From Massalongia carnosa (Eukaryota): a DNA stretch of 64,000 nucleotides. The stretch is taken from positions 682,001 through 746,000 of the forward strand of contig OZ287073.1 in NCBI GenBank assembly GCA_965645245.1, given 5' to 3'. The notes below the pieces were generated by a model, which had not been told where the DNA came from, did not search any database, and saw only the letters and a list, made by a program, of their open reading frames with translations. The first letter of the stretch is position 1, and each line of letters opens with the position of its first letter. This document shows, piece after piece, positions 31,169 to 41,424 of this stretch. A program made the position numbers and the translations under genes.

Positions 31169-34100
31169 TTATTTAGTCCTCTTTGTGCGTCGTCCTGTTT
31201 CTTTCGCTAATGAGGGAGTTCTAGTGGCCTGAGGGGTGGACTTTGCTGTTGGCTTGGTAGGATTTTTCTCATGAAATTCCCTCAATAGCTTTCGTAGATG
31301 TTTGACGCCGGCGACGGGCTCCCATGTGTCTTCCGCGTCGGGATAACCTTTCCAATGCACTAGATAATATAATCCAGCCGGTCGTCCGTCTTCTGCTTCT
31401 TTTGCATAGACTGCACTATCTCGTATGCACTCTACTTCATACTCTTGCATGTCATCGTCTTCGAATTCAAGCTGTTCAGCCATTTGTTCGTCTACTACCT
31501 CCCTTCTAGTGGTGTCTCTTTCCAGCAGAGACACATGAAAGACTGGGTGTATTTTCCAACTTTTCGGAAGTTCTAGCTCGTAAGCTTGAGTGCCTACAGG
31601 CCTCAACACCTTAAAGGGACCCAAGAACTTATGCTCAAGCTTCTTGTTCCTTTTCGTCTTAATATGTTTGCTGTTTAGCCAAACCATATCATCGGGAGCG
31701 TAGCAACGTTCTTTCACCGTTCTATTGTGATATTTGGCTTGATTGTCTTGGGCTAATTGCAGGTTATTTTTCAACTCTGCTAACAAATCGCGTAGATTTT
31801 TAGCCTGTTCCTCAGCTGTCTTCGACTTCGATCGAGGGTCTTGGTTATCTTCATAACTCATCCTTGGGTGGTAGCCTATATTAGCCTCGAACGGGGTGAG
31901 CTTGGTGCTTGAATGACGGGTGTTATTGTATGCAAATTCAGCGGTAGGGAGCCATTGCACCCAGTCATCTTGTTCGAAACGGCAGTAAGACCTAAGGTAA
32001 GCTTCCATGGTACTATTTTGACGTTCTGTCTGACCGTCTGTTTGTGGATGGAAGGCTGTGCTTAGCCTACGCTTTATCTTCATGTAATAGCATAGGGATG
32101 ACCAGAAGTTTGATGTAAATAGCGAGCCCCGATCGGTGACTATGGAGTCAGGTAGGCCGTGATACTTGAACACGCAGTGCCTTAGCACTTCAGCTAACTG
32201 TTCAGCAGTCAGCGTTTTCTTCACTGCCTCATAGTGCACCATCTTGGTGAGCCTATCAACGACGACTAGGATGGAGTCATAATCAACTCCCCTCCAGTCC
32301 TTACTCTTAGGTAAGCCAGTGACGAAGTCCATCGTAATGTCCTTCCACTTATGAGTTGGTATAGGCAACGACTGCAAGTTTCCATAAGGCTTATGCCTCG
32401 TAGCTTTGCTACTCATGCAGACGTCGCAACCCTCTACATAGCGTGCTATGTCTGACTTCATCGATGGCCAGTAGTACTTTCTACTCACTAGCTCAATCGT
32501 CTTGTCTTTCCCGAAGTGCCCTGCCAGCGGATCATCATGATTTAACTCAAGAATTTCTCCTCGTAAGGAGGCTGGGATGTAGGCCTTTCCTTCATGGAAT
32601 AGACAGTGGTCCGAGTCCGACCATGGCTCGCTGGAGGGCGCCACCTCCTGTGTCCCCGACACGTCACTGTCTTTCAAGGTAGCTAACCTTTTCCGAACAG
32701 TGATAGCGACCTCGTCAACCTGTTGCAACTCAGGAAGACGCTCTAATACTCCCCTAGAAGCGGGTTGAGTATAAGGTGACTCGCGCTGTGCGAGAGAGTT
32801 TCGCAATGAACTCCAGTATGCCTTCACCTTCGGAACAACCAATGTTCCGCATGTTATGATCTTCCATATTTCACCGTGGTGAGACCCCGTCGGGCCAGAA
32901 GCATCATCTAACGACTCCCCTGACATTGCCCTCATTAGACAAACGCGTGCGTTCTTATCTGCTAGGGATGTCTGCAAAAGGTGGAGCGTTTTGCGGTTTT
33001 CAACCAGCACTTCGCCATCATCATCGCCAGCGGTAGGAGGTCTTGACAGCCCATCGGCTGGGTTCCTCTTACCCTGACGATAATCGATGCGGAAATTATA
33101 CCTGGAAAGCTCTTGAGCCCACCTTACTTGCCTGCCGCTTAGGCGCTTGGTATCCATAAACCTCGTAAGGTTATTGTGATCAGTCAACACGAGAATTTCG
33201 TGAGACGACCCCTCAAGGTAATGTCTCCAAATTTTGAAGGCCTCGACTATCGCTAATAGTTCAGCATCATGGGTCTCGTAATTACGCTCAGCCGGTAGCA
33301 TCTTGCGTGAGTAATAGGCAACAGGGTGCCATTGTCCCTCGTCATCTTGCTGAGCCAATATGCCGCCAATAGCATAACCTGACGCATCGGTTTCCACGCG
33401 TACTGGTTTACTAGCATCGTAATGCCTTAGTACCGGGGCCTCTATGAACGACTTTTTCAGCTTCTCAAAAGCCTCTAGAGCTTCCTCCGTAAGGAACTCG
33501 CTTTCGACACCCTTAGGTGGTTTCTGTCTATGATTAGCGGGCTTTGTTTTCAGCATAGCGGTAAGTGGCCCTGCTATTTTACTGAACCCACGAATGAATC
33601 GTCTATAGAAATTCGCGAAGCCTATGAACACCTGTACATCGCGTACGCATGTGGGCCGTGGCCAATTTTGCACTGCTTGGATGCGATCTTTTCGCATATA
33701 AACACCCTTAGGATTGATGACATAGCCTAGGAATTCGACTTCGTCGGTGCTGAATCGGCATTTTTGTAAGTTACAAAATAAGCCATGCTTGCGGAGTTGT
33801 TCTAACACCCATCGCACAGCATCTTCATGGGCCTTACCCTTCTGTTCGGTATAGATCAGTATATCATCCAAATAAACGATGCAGAAGACATCCAGTTTTA
33901 GTGCCAACGCTTTATTAATATAAGCTTGGAAGGAGGCGGGAGCATTGGATAATCCGAACGGCATGACGCAGTATTCGAAATGGCCATATCGGGTGCGAAA
34001 GGCTGTCTTCCATTCGTCGCCTTTCTTAATTCTGATGCGATTATAGGCTGCAGTCAAATCCAATTGGGTGTATTGTTTGGCCCGTCCTAGTCGATCTAAA

Positions 34101-35056
34101 GACTCGCCTACTAATGGTAGCGGGTAGCGATTTTTAACTGTCAGATTGTTCAGACCCCTATAATCCACGCAGAGCCTCAGGGTACCATTTGCCTTAGGCA
34201 CGAAGAGAATAGGAGCTCCAGCTGGTGAGGTAGATGGCCGGATAAATCCATTAGCCAGGTGAGCATCGAGGTAGGCTCTTAGCACTGCAAGCTCTGTTTC
34301 TGATAGGCTATAGATAGGTCCATATGGAGGCTGCTTTCCATCCACGAGGTCGATCGCATGATCATGGGGCCCGTGCTCTGGTAGCTCGGCTGCACTATCT
34401 TCAGAAAAGACATCTGCGAAATCCTTATAAGCCTCAGGGACCTTGATTTCTTGTACCTTCACTGAGGCTATTCTAGCTCGACGGCTCGAATGGATGTTAT
34501 CTACACCTAGCGCCTTAGCATGGACCACGTAGGTCGGTGTATCTTCTGATAACGCCTCTTCTATGAAGACTTCTGGCTCTATAAGCTCTATCCGATGAGT
34601 AGTCATCATGGCCGATTGAACGCTTAGTTCTCGCCAATTCAGGGTCCTTGCTGACCAATCAATATCGGGATTGGCTAGCTGCAGGAATGGCATGCCCAAC
34701 ACGATATTATGAGGTATATCTGCTATTAGGAATGTTTCCTCAAAGAAACGTTGCAGACCTAATTGATCAGTTACCCCGAACACCAACAGACCCATGCCAT
34801 GTGTCATGACTTGCTGGTGGTTAATAGCTTCCAAACTGACGCTGGTGTGTAACACTGTCAGAGCGCATTTATTTGCGTAAGCTCTAGAAATAAGGTTGAC
34901 TTCACTTCCGCTGTCAATTAGTGCTTTTGCTATTTCTTTAGCGTGTGTTATTTCGTACTCTATGCAGGGTGCGATTTCCAATGTCTTAGGACTTGCCGAT
35001 GCCTCTTTGATAGTAGTCGCCGGTAGGGAGGCAGCAGCGGCGACTATGCTTTTTTT
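31169..35056 (-). CDS. pol: Pol of element D (PR-RT-RNaseH-IN-chromodomain)
   Basis: LIDSGS, YLDD, ETDASG, HHCC, integrase core and chromodomain (EYEVE..YLVHWKGY..TWEP); uninterrupted. Confidence 0.96.
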   Translation of the reverse strand, partial: KKSIVAAAASLPATTIKEASASPKTLEIAPCIEYEITHAKEIAKALIDSGSEVNLISRAYANKCALTVLHTSVSLEAINHQQVMTHGMGLLVFGVTDQLGLQRFFEETFLIADIPHNIVLGMPFLQLANPDIDWSARTLNWRELSVQSAMMTTHRIELIEPEVFIEEALSEDTPTYVVHAKALGVDNIHSSRRARIASVKVQEIKVPEAYKDFADVFSEDSAAELPEHGPHDHAIDLVDGKQPPYGPIYSLSETELAVLRAYLDAHLANGFIRPSTSPAGAPILFVPKANGTLRLCVDYRGLNNLTVKNRYPLPLVGESLDRLGRAKQYTQLDLTAAYNRIRIKKGDEWKTAFRTRYGHFEYCVMPFGLSNAPASFQAYINKALALKLDVFCIVYLDDILIYTEQKGKAHEDAVRWVLEQLRKHGLFCNLQKCRFSTDEVEFLGYVINPKGVYMRKDRIQAVQNWPRPTCVRDVQVFIGFANFYRRFIRGFSKIAGPLTAMLKTKPANHRQKPPKGVESEFLTEEALEAFEKLKKSFIEAPVLRHYDASKPVRVETDASGYAIGGILAQQDDEGQWHPVAYYSRKMLPAERNYETHDAELLAIVEAFKIWRHYLEGSSHEILVLTDHNNLTRFMDTKRLSGRQVRWAQELSRYNFRIDYRQGKRNPADGLSRPPTAGDDDGEVLVENRKTLHLLQTSLADKNARVCLMRAMSGESLDDASGPTGSHHGEIWKIITCGTLVVPKVKAYWSSLRNSLAQRESPYTQPASRGVLERLPELQQVDEVAITVRKRLATLKDSDVSGTQEVAPSSEPWSDSDHCLFHEGKAYIPASLRGEILELNHDDPLAGHFGKDKTIELVSRKYYWPSMKSDIARYVEGCDVCMSSKATRHKPYGNLQSLPIPTHKWKDITMDFVTGLPKSKDWRGVDYDSILVVVDRLTKMVHYEAVKKTLTAEQLAEVLRHCVFKYHGLPDSIVTDRGSLFTSNFWSSLCYYMKIKRRLSTAFHPQTDGQTERQNSTMEAYLRSYCRFEQDDWVQWLPTAEFAYNNTRHSSTKLTPFEANIGYHPRMSYEDNQDPRSKSKTAEEQAKNLRDLLAELKNNLQLAQDNQAKYHNRTVKERCYAPDDMVWLNSKHIKTKRNKKLEHKFLGPFKVLRPVGTQAYELELPKSWKIHPVFHVSLLERDTTRREVVDEQMAEQLEFEDDDMQEYEVECIRDSAVYAKEAEDGRPAGLYYLVHWKGYPDAEDTWEPVAGVKHLRKLLREFHEKNPTKPTAKSTPQATRTPSLAKETGRRTKRTK

Positions 35057-36198
35057 GGATGGGGACAGTCCTTTACCCAATGTTCGAGGGATCCACAATT
35101 ATAGCAGCTATTCTTGTTATTATCTTGTATCTCGGTCACAGTGCCTAGCGGAATGGCATTGCTATTTGTCGACGGCGCGCTAGTACCAGCCGGAGCCGCA
35201 TTCCTGCCGCCTCGGCCTCTTCCGCCTCTATTGCCTCTTCCGTGGTGACTACCTCGATGACCTCTTCCGCCTCGACCTCCGCGATGATTAGTTGGATATG
35301 GTTCTCGGCGGCCCTGATCGTTAGAAGCCTGGGCACCTTGCTCCCGCTTGGAGTAGCCTCTACCTGTTGATGATGGCAAAACAGCCGCTCCCTCAGCTAG
35401 TTGTGCATCACTGATGAATTCCGCTATGGTAGCGGGATGTCGATGACCTAGTGCTAAGGAATTCCGAATTATTGGTATGACTCCCGTACGAAGCTTCTGG
35501 ACCATCTGTTCTTCGGTAATAGGATGTTCCGGATCTGCATCGGCTAATATTGTTCGTAGGCGTTGTAAGTAGGCCGCAAAGGATTGAACAGTATCATTGG
35601 GACGTTGTTGCGCATGATGGTACTGCATCCAGGTTCGATCTTTGAAAACTTCAGTAGAGCCTAGTTGATTCATGAGGTTCTTTTTGAACTCCTTCCAGGT
35701 AAGATTCAGATGACCCCCTCGTGATAGTATCTCATGCCAATTGTCGCTAGGGGTGTCTCGAAGGTAGCTGCCTGCATAGGCTATACGACGATCTTGTTCC
35801 GTTTCAGGCATGCCACTAGTGTTAAAGACAGCCTCGCATTGTCTGGTGAATTCGAACAAGGTCTTATGGTCCTTGCCATAGTACGGGTCGGGCGACTTAG
35901 CTTTGAGGTTATACCTGACAGATCGTTCCATGGAGCGAGGACGACGAGGCTCTCTTTCCTCGTGTAGTCGTTCTAGTTCCCTTTCATTGGCAGCGAGACG
36001 GGTACTTTGCTGAGTCAATAAGGTGGCCTGGGCCTGCATGGCTGCTGTCTGTTCGGTCAAATGGGCCTGCATGGCTCTAATCTCGTCGATTAGCTGGTTT
36101 GGTGGTGTTTGTTCCAGCGTATCGTAGTCCAGTAGGTCATCACCCTGATTGGACGTGGGATTGGCCGAATTCTGGCCGCCTCGTCCTCGTGTGTTCAT
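35044..36198 (-). CDS. gag: Gag of element D
   Basis: 384 aa with an RGG-rich stretch and a canonical CX2CX4HX4C knuckle (CYNCGSLEHWVKDC). Confidence 0.93.
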   Translation of the reverse strand: MNTRGRGGQNSANPTSNQGDDLLDYDTLEQTPPNQLIDEIRAMQAHLTEQTAAMQAQATLLTQQSTRLAANERELERLHEEREPRRPRSMERSVRYNLKAKSPDPYYGKDHKTLFEFTRQCEAVFNTSGMPETEQDRRIAYAGSYLRDTPSDNWHEILSRGGHLNLTWKEFKKNLMNQLGSTEVFKDRTWMQYHHAQQRPNDTVQSFAAYLQRLRTILADADPEHPITEEQMVQKLRTGVIPIIRNSLALGHRHPATIAEFISDAQLAEGAAVLPSSTGRGYSKREQGAQASNDQGRREPYPTNHRGGRGGRGHRGSHHGRGNRGGRGRGGRNAAPAGTSAPSTNSNAIPLGTVTEIQDNNKNSCYNCGSLEHWVKDCPHPKKA

Positions 36199-37004
36199 GT
36201 TGACGATAAATAGGTTGAATTGTTTGGACGGTAGGTGTGATAGGATTGAACTATCAACAGTCGGACCAAGCTATCCTAAGATATGGAGCTTTTAGAATTA
36301 TAAGAGGGACAGTAGACACTAGTCCTTATGGGTTATAATGCTCAGTGTGACTGCTAATAGATTGGTAGGTGCTAAAGCTAAAAGCTGATTCCCTGAAGAT
36401 GGGAATCGAGCTTTCTATATACCCCTTGGGGTCCTATTTACTAACTACTTGTCTGGTTACCTGTCTGCCTTGTTGCCTTCAGCTGAGGTCTAGTAGATAG
36501 CCTTGCTGCCTTCAGCTGAGGTCTAGCAGATAACCTTGTTGCCTTCAGCTGAGGTCTAGCAGATAGCCTTGTTACCTTCAGCTGAGGTCTAGCAGATAGC
36601 CTTGTTGCCTTCAGCTGAGGTCTCCTAGGCGTCCCAGGCCTCCCATGAGATCGAGGCTTATCTGAATAGCTTCAGTTGCTGCCTAATAAACTGGTAAGGC
36701 TGATTGCTGATGGCTTAGTATTGCTATCCGCCTTATCATGACTAAGCATCCGGATTATCAGTCACCCGGTCTTCTTGGGTGAGTCATCCCAGGAGCTAGC
36801 GCAGTCCTGTATTGCCGCGCTATTACAATGGGACACGCAGGCACTTTCGATTTCGTTCCCGCAGCTACTAGAAGGTTCCATGACGATTATGCCACATGGG
36901 TACTAGCGCAGTAGAGGATATATAGGGGCAGATTCTGGTTGTCGATTGTGTTTTTCCTTCTTGATTCTTGATTGTATTCGTTTCTAGTGTCCCTATGACT
37001 TGTC

Positions 37005-37156
37005 TACGCCGCGCAACGGGTCGGGTTTCTCTACTGAAAACCCAACCCGTTTGTGGTAAATCCTATGATATTTGGTATCCGGGTTGAGTTTTGAAAGAAA
37101 AACCCGGTGGCGAAAAAGCAACTTTGTGGCGAAAACCCAACCCGTTGCGCGGCGTA
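37005..37156. mobile_element. MITE with 8-bp TSD (hAT-type)
   Basis: TIR tacgccgcgcaacggg; TSD gacttgtc / gacctgtc; empty site visible in the other LTR E copies. Confidence 0.85.
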
Positions 37157-37503
37157 GACCTGTCTCTAGGTAGATCATAACAGTCATCGCTTGTTCGTCG
37201 AGTCATACGTTCCCGACTTATCCTATGTTCGCAGATACCGATATCAGAGTAGTCATGTCTGAGATAGCGTGTTAGGTTAACAGGTAACACTAGGCCTAGC
37301 TGAGCTCTTGCTACGGTATGCCGAAGGCGGATTGTAACGTAAATAACAATATGTATAATCTTGATATATAAGATAAAGAATTGTTATAAAGTAGTCTTCT
37401 TTTTTTAAATGATAATTTTCTATTAAGCGAAGTGATAATAAGTTATGGGAACTAATACCGGGACACCCCTTTTCACAACCTTGATACCCTTATTCTCTAG
37501 GTT

Positions 37504-37672
37504 TGTAACGGTTCGACCAAGCGTGGTGCGGACGGCAGGACCTACAGCGAACATAACAGGAGTCCCAGTTATAGTAGAATAGAGCTTGGTCTGCGGACAA
37601 GTATTGTGCCTTTTGGTCGGGAGGACAGGTGGCGCAAAGGTAGAAATCTATTCACTATCTCGCTTCGTCACA
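37504..37672. mobile_element. Solo LTR family F, uninterrupted
   Basis: tgtaacg...cgtcaca; TSD aggtt 37499-37503 / 37673-37677. Confidence 0.9.
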
Positions 37673-37952
37673 AGGTTAACACCTCTAAGTAAGCTAACCC
37701 GATTTGATAGTTTATCCGTTCCGGAGCTAGAACTTCGAAAATTTCTGCACTCATACCTGCATGCATTTCATAGGGCCTCCTACTGTAACGTTAATGCAAC
37801 CTCTCTATAGTCAGTAGAGATGCATGGGCAATCAAGTATAAACTGTGTTAGAGTTATCTGGAATATCCCCTTCTGGATTACTAGTGAATTAACCGCGAGG
37901 AAGAATGTAAATACGAAATAAAGCTTAATTCATTGAAAACGATCATCGAGGA

Positions 37953-38086
37953 TACGCCGCGGCAACGGGTCGGATTTCTCCACTGAAAACCCAACCCGTT
38001 TGTGGCGAACCCTATGATTTTTAGTGTTCGGGTTGAGTTTTAAAAGAAAAACCCGGTGGCGAAAACCCAACCCGTGGCGCGGCGTA
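37953..38086. mobile_element. Second copy of the MITE
   Basis: Same TIR and interior with a short internal deletion; perfect TSD atcgagga 37945-37952 / 38087-38094. Confidence 0.88.
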
Positions 38087-38670
38087 ATCGAGGAATTATC
38101 AAACGACTGTTTAAAACACACCTGAATTTCATCAAATCGAGAATGTTTTCTTCAGTTGTTTCTGCGTCCGAGGGAAATTTATACTCAATCGAGTTAGCTT
38201 ACTTAAGGGTGTTAACCAATTTATTCGAGTCTAGATTACTTAAGAGATCGTTAAAGGTTTTAAGTAATTGATACGATTAGACTAAATCTGATCTAATGTG
38301 TTGATAGAAGTTAAACATTTAACAGATTTTTATCATTTTAATTTTCGAAAGTAAAAGATCGGATCAAACCCGACGAGCAGATTTTCGAGGATTCGATCAA
38401 TTAATCGAATTTGTTTAACATTGTCAAATGTCGACGACTATCGAACATCAGTATTTGTCCGAAACCCGACTCGATGGGCAGTCTAGTGTTCGCCTAAATT
38501 TTTTGCGCTCTCATTTTTACAAGTTCAAAACACGGCACACCATTTTGCAAAGATGTGTAACAGATGACATCATAATAGTGTTCCAGCTACATTGTCATCT
38601 CAAACCCTCCATCTCCCGAACCTTCCTTTTTTCTACTTCCCGTATCTCCAACCTACGTTAAAATTCAGGA

Positions 38671-39310
38671 ATGGCAGACACTCCAGACCATGTTGAGGAG
38701 CCGCGTAACTTCGCTCCCAAAGACCCCCCGAAGCTGAACCCGCCCAAAAGCGACCCCATCAGCATCAAAGAGCTTGCAGACTGCAACGGTGGGGTGAACC
38801 ACGCTGAGATTCCACTCTGCCTTTCTGCCCCGTTGAGAACTCGTGTTAGGGAGTAATTACCGGATTCATTACTGATTCGAAATCATTGGGATGGTGGGGG
38901 GAGGACTAGGTACAGACTCAAGTCGCCCGACTTACGTGGCGATCAAAGGGACTGTGTTCGACGTGTCGGGCAATAGCGCGTATGCTCCCGGTGGGGCTTA
39001 TCACCGTACGTACACAATCTACGGCTAAATCACTAAGGATCGAAGAGTGTTTCTTGAGGAGATTTAATTTTTTCATTCTTTCTTTCTACCTACATACCAG
39101 ATGGTTGTTTTCGGTGCTAACGGATCCCGTTTTCTTCAAGTGTTTGCGGGGAAAGACGCCTCCCGTGCTCTTGCGCAGTCGTCGCTCCAGGCCGAGGATT
39201 GCAGGGCCGAGTATGAGGATTTGGGAGACAAGGAACAGACGGTGTTGAACGATTGGTTTACTTTCTTCAGCAAGCGCTATAATGTGGTCGGGAAGGTGCA
39301 GCAGGCTTGA
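38671..39310 (+). CDS. Cytochrome b5-like heme/steroid-binding (MAPR family) protein; exons 38671-38788, 38910-39005, 39141-39310
   Basis: Spliced product reads ELADCNGTDSSRPTYVAIKGTVFDVS...YHLFAGKDASRALA...LNDWFTFFSKRYNVVG. Confidence 0.9.
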
Positions 39311-40142
39311 TAGGTCGGAGGATTTTTCATGATAACCCGGTAATAATACATTGCAGTCAGTACTCGGCACGTTTGACAGACGTTCAGTGCGGAGCTGTTG
39401 CTTCGTTGTGGTAGGCTGGGGTGGGAACGGTGGTGATTGCTGCATGAAAGCACGGAGCAATCAACCCTGCATCGATTTGATATACCAGATTCGTCGCAAA
39501 TCTTGTTGGTCAAGCTGTGATCTGGTATCGATTGTTGTTCCATTTTCTCCGTTCCTATTGGCAAGTTCGCGTTTACCGGCTGCAGTCTCGGCTTCCGAAG
39601 TGTTGTTGCACCCGTTGACAATTAAGATAAAGATGCAGTTGATGGGCTGCGTTCTACTGCTACCCGGTTGTGCACAATCGATCGTCGGCAAAATACCATG
39701 AATGGTAGCACCAACACGGTCATTGTTGTATTGTGCAATCCTCTGGAGCGAGCAAATCTCATAATTTTAATCTGTACATTTATTTTGTGAAAGGATTTCA
39801 TGTTGTGCATGCTCGTTGTCACGGGTTGATTGACTCTGATTTAGGAACTGATGGATTAGGATCGTAACATCATTTGATTCTAAAAACGCATCAACCCACA
39901 TTGCGATACGGCTAACGCATACTGATCTTTAAATCCAAGTCGACACATCACAAGTGAAGACTTGGTAAAGACGATGCTAATGATACACAACACTAGCGCC
40001 TATGAACGTAGATTTCCAAGTCGTACTAACCCATTCGATGACCAACCTGCGCAACACTATAATTCGCTAGGTAGAATTAGCATTATCCTTTCCTGAATTG
40101 CCAAGGCAATTTGCTTACCCATGGCAAAATTAGGGATTTGTT

Positions 40143-40373
40143 TTATCGCTCTGTGAAATGCTGCTGCTGTTCTTGCTGTTGCTGCTGATTCTGCTCCTCA
40201 GCCCTCCGTCGATTACAATCTTCACAATCCGCATATACTTGATACCATTTCCTTTTCAGTTGTTGAACCCCGAAGCAGTCATGCAACAGGTCGTTTCGGG
40301 CAAAATGGCAATGCGAGTATCGACGGTGAACTTGGTGATGACATCGAAAGGTAATGAGTTCAAAGTAGCACAT
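40143..40373 (-). CDS. Small Cys/His-rich hypothetical protein (76 aa)
   Basis: ATG in aatcATG context; MC-x8-C-x-H...CHFARN...H-x-C...C-x2-C pattern plus Gln-rich tail. Confidence 0.6.
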   Translation of the reverse strand: MCYFELITFRCHHQVHRRYSHCHFARNDLLHDCFGVQQLKRKWYQVYADCEDCNRRRAEEQNQQQQQEQQQHFTER

Positions 40374-41424
40374 GATTCTTCTTAGTCCTGAGGTTGGTGA
40401 GCTTCGTTGTTCATCGAGTAAAGAATCTGGAACGTACAGTGTTCGTTGGAATTCTCACTTTCAAGGTCTTTAGGGGTTCTGATATGCCGAAAACTGCCCC
40501 AAGTAGTTTGTTGAGTCTAAAGGCAATCGAAGCTGCTAGTTTTCTTTGGATCCGGAGAGATTCTGCTGGATAGATTAGAGCTAGGGGGGCAGACTCAGAT
40601 ATGATCAAGCTGTCCTTGATGCCATGAGGATAACACAAGCGCATCTAACTTTTTATATTATTTCATGATACTCGTCTAGCACGACGACCTCTGCATGGTG
40701 TTAGGATCCACCTTGTGCCCTTCCACTGGTTATTCCGCATGATCATCATTAGGTGCTTCAGAGGCCCGCTTGATTGCTTAAGTCGGCTCTTTGCCAAAGA
40801 CATGCTTCTCTTGTCAAGTCCAGTTTCCAGCGCATATAATATGACGCAGGGATTATACGGAAATATTGATTTGCCAGACATGGTTGGAAGGAATCTCCAG
40901 AACAGATATGTGAGGCCATAAGTTATTTCTGAGTTTTCGACGCCAATTGGAAAGTAACATTAGGTGCTTTATTCCTCTAGGGAAACAGTGCGTAGATGTG
41001 AAAACTGGAAATTACAACAGGTGTAGCTTGGACCCTATCCAACGCATTCAGTCTCGCGAGACTTGATATGAAAGTACGTTGGTTAAAAAGCTGAATGTGT
41101 ACATAGAGCAATTGGATGAAATAGCTGATAATTTTAAGCTAAAATCCAGAGTCTTGGTTTATACACCCAATTGAACTACTGCACCTTTTCTGCTTGCTTG
41201 CATGAGAACGGGTGGAATCCGCGCCTATAGATCTCAGTTTTAGCATCAGGGCTGGCATGAGCACTCGAGATTCGTGTATTCTGTAGAATTCTCCCATGCT
41301 AGACAATTTATCCCACGGGCTTGCACATAGGTGCAGTGCTTATAGTGAATGAACATTGAGATCACCCTCTGCAAGCTTCTTTTGGGGATCTCCCACGATA
41401 AATGTACCTGTACAATAATGCTCC

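Larger units (their letters stand above)
30263..36827 (-). mobile_element. Intact Ty3/Gypsy chromovirus 'D'
   Basis: 529-bp LTRs 30263-30791 and 36299-36827, identical by eye; TSD atggg 30258-30262 / 36828-36832; PPT agaagggagg on the minus strand. Confidence 0.97.
30208..37182 (+). mobile_element. Solo LTR of family E split by element D and a MITE
   Basis: Pieces 30208-30262, 36833-37004 and 37165-37182 rebuild LTR E; flanks gttat / gtcat (TSD with one transition). Confidence 0.82.

Noticed and set aside
38100..38485. Possible degenerate hAT-like end (aacccgac motifs, ...gggcagtcta)
   Set aside because: No partner TIR or TSD found; too decayed to call.
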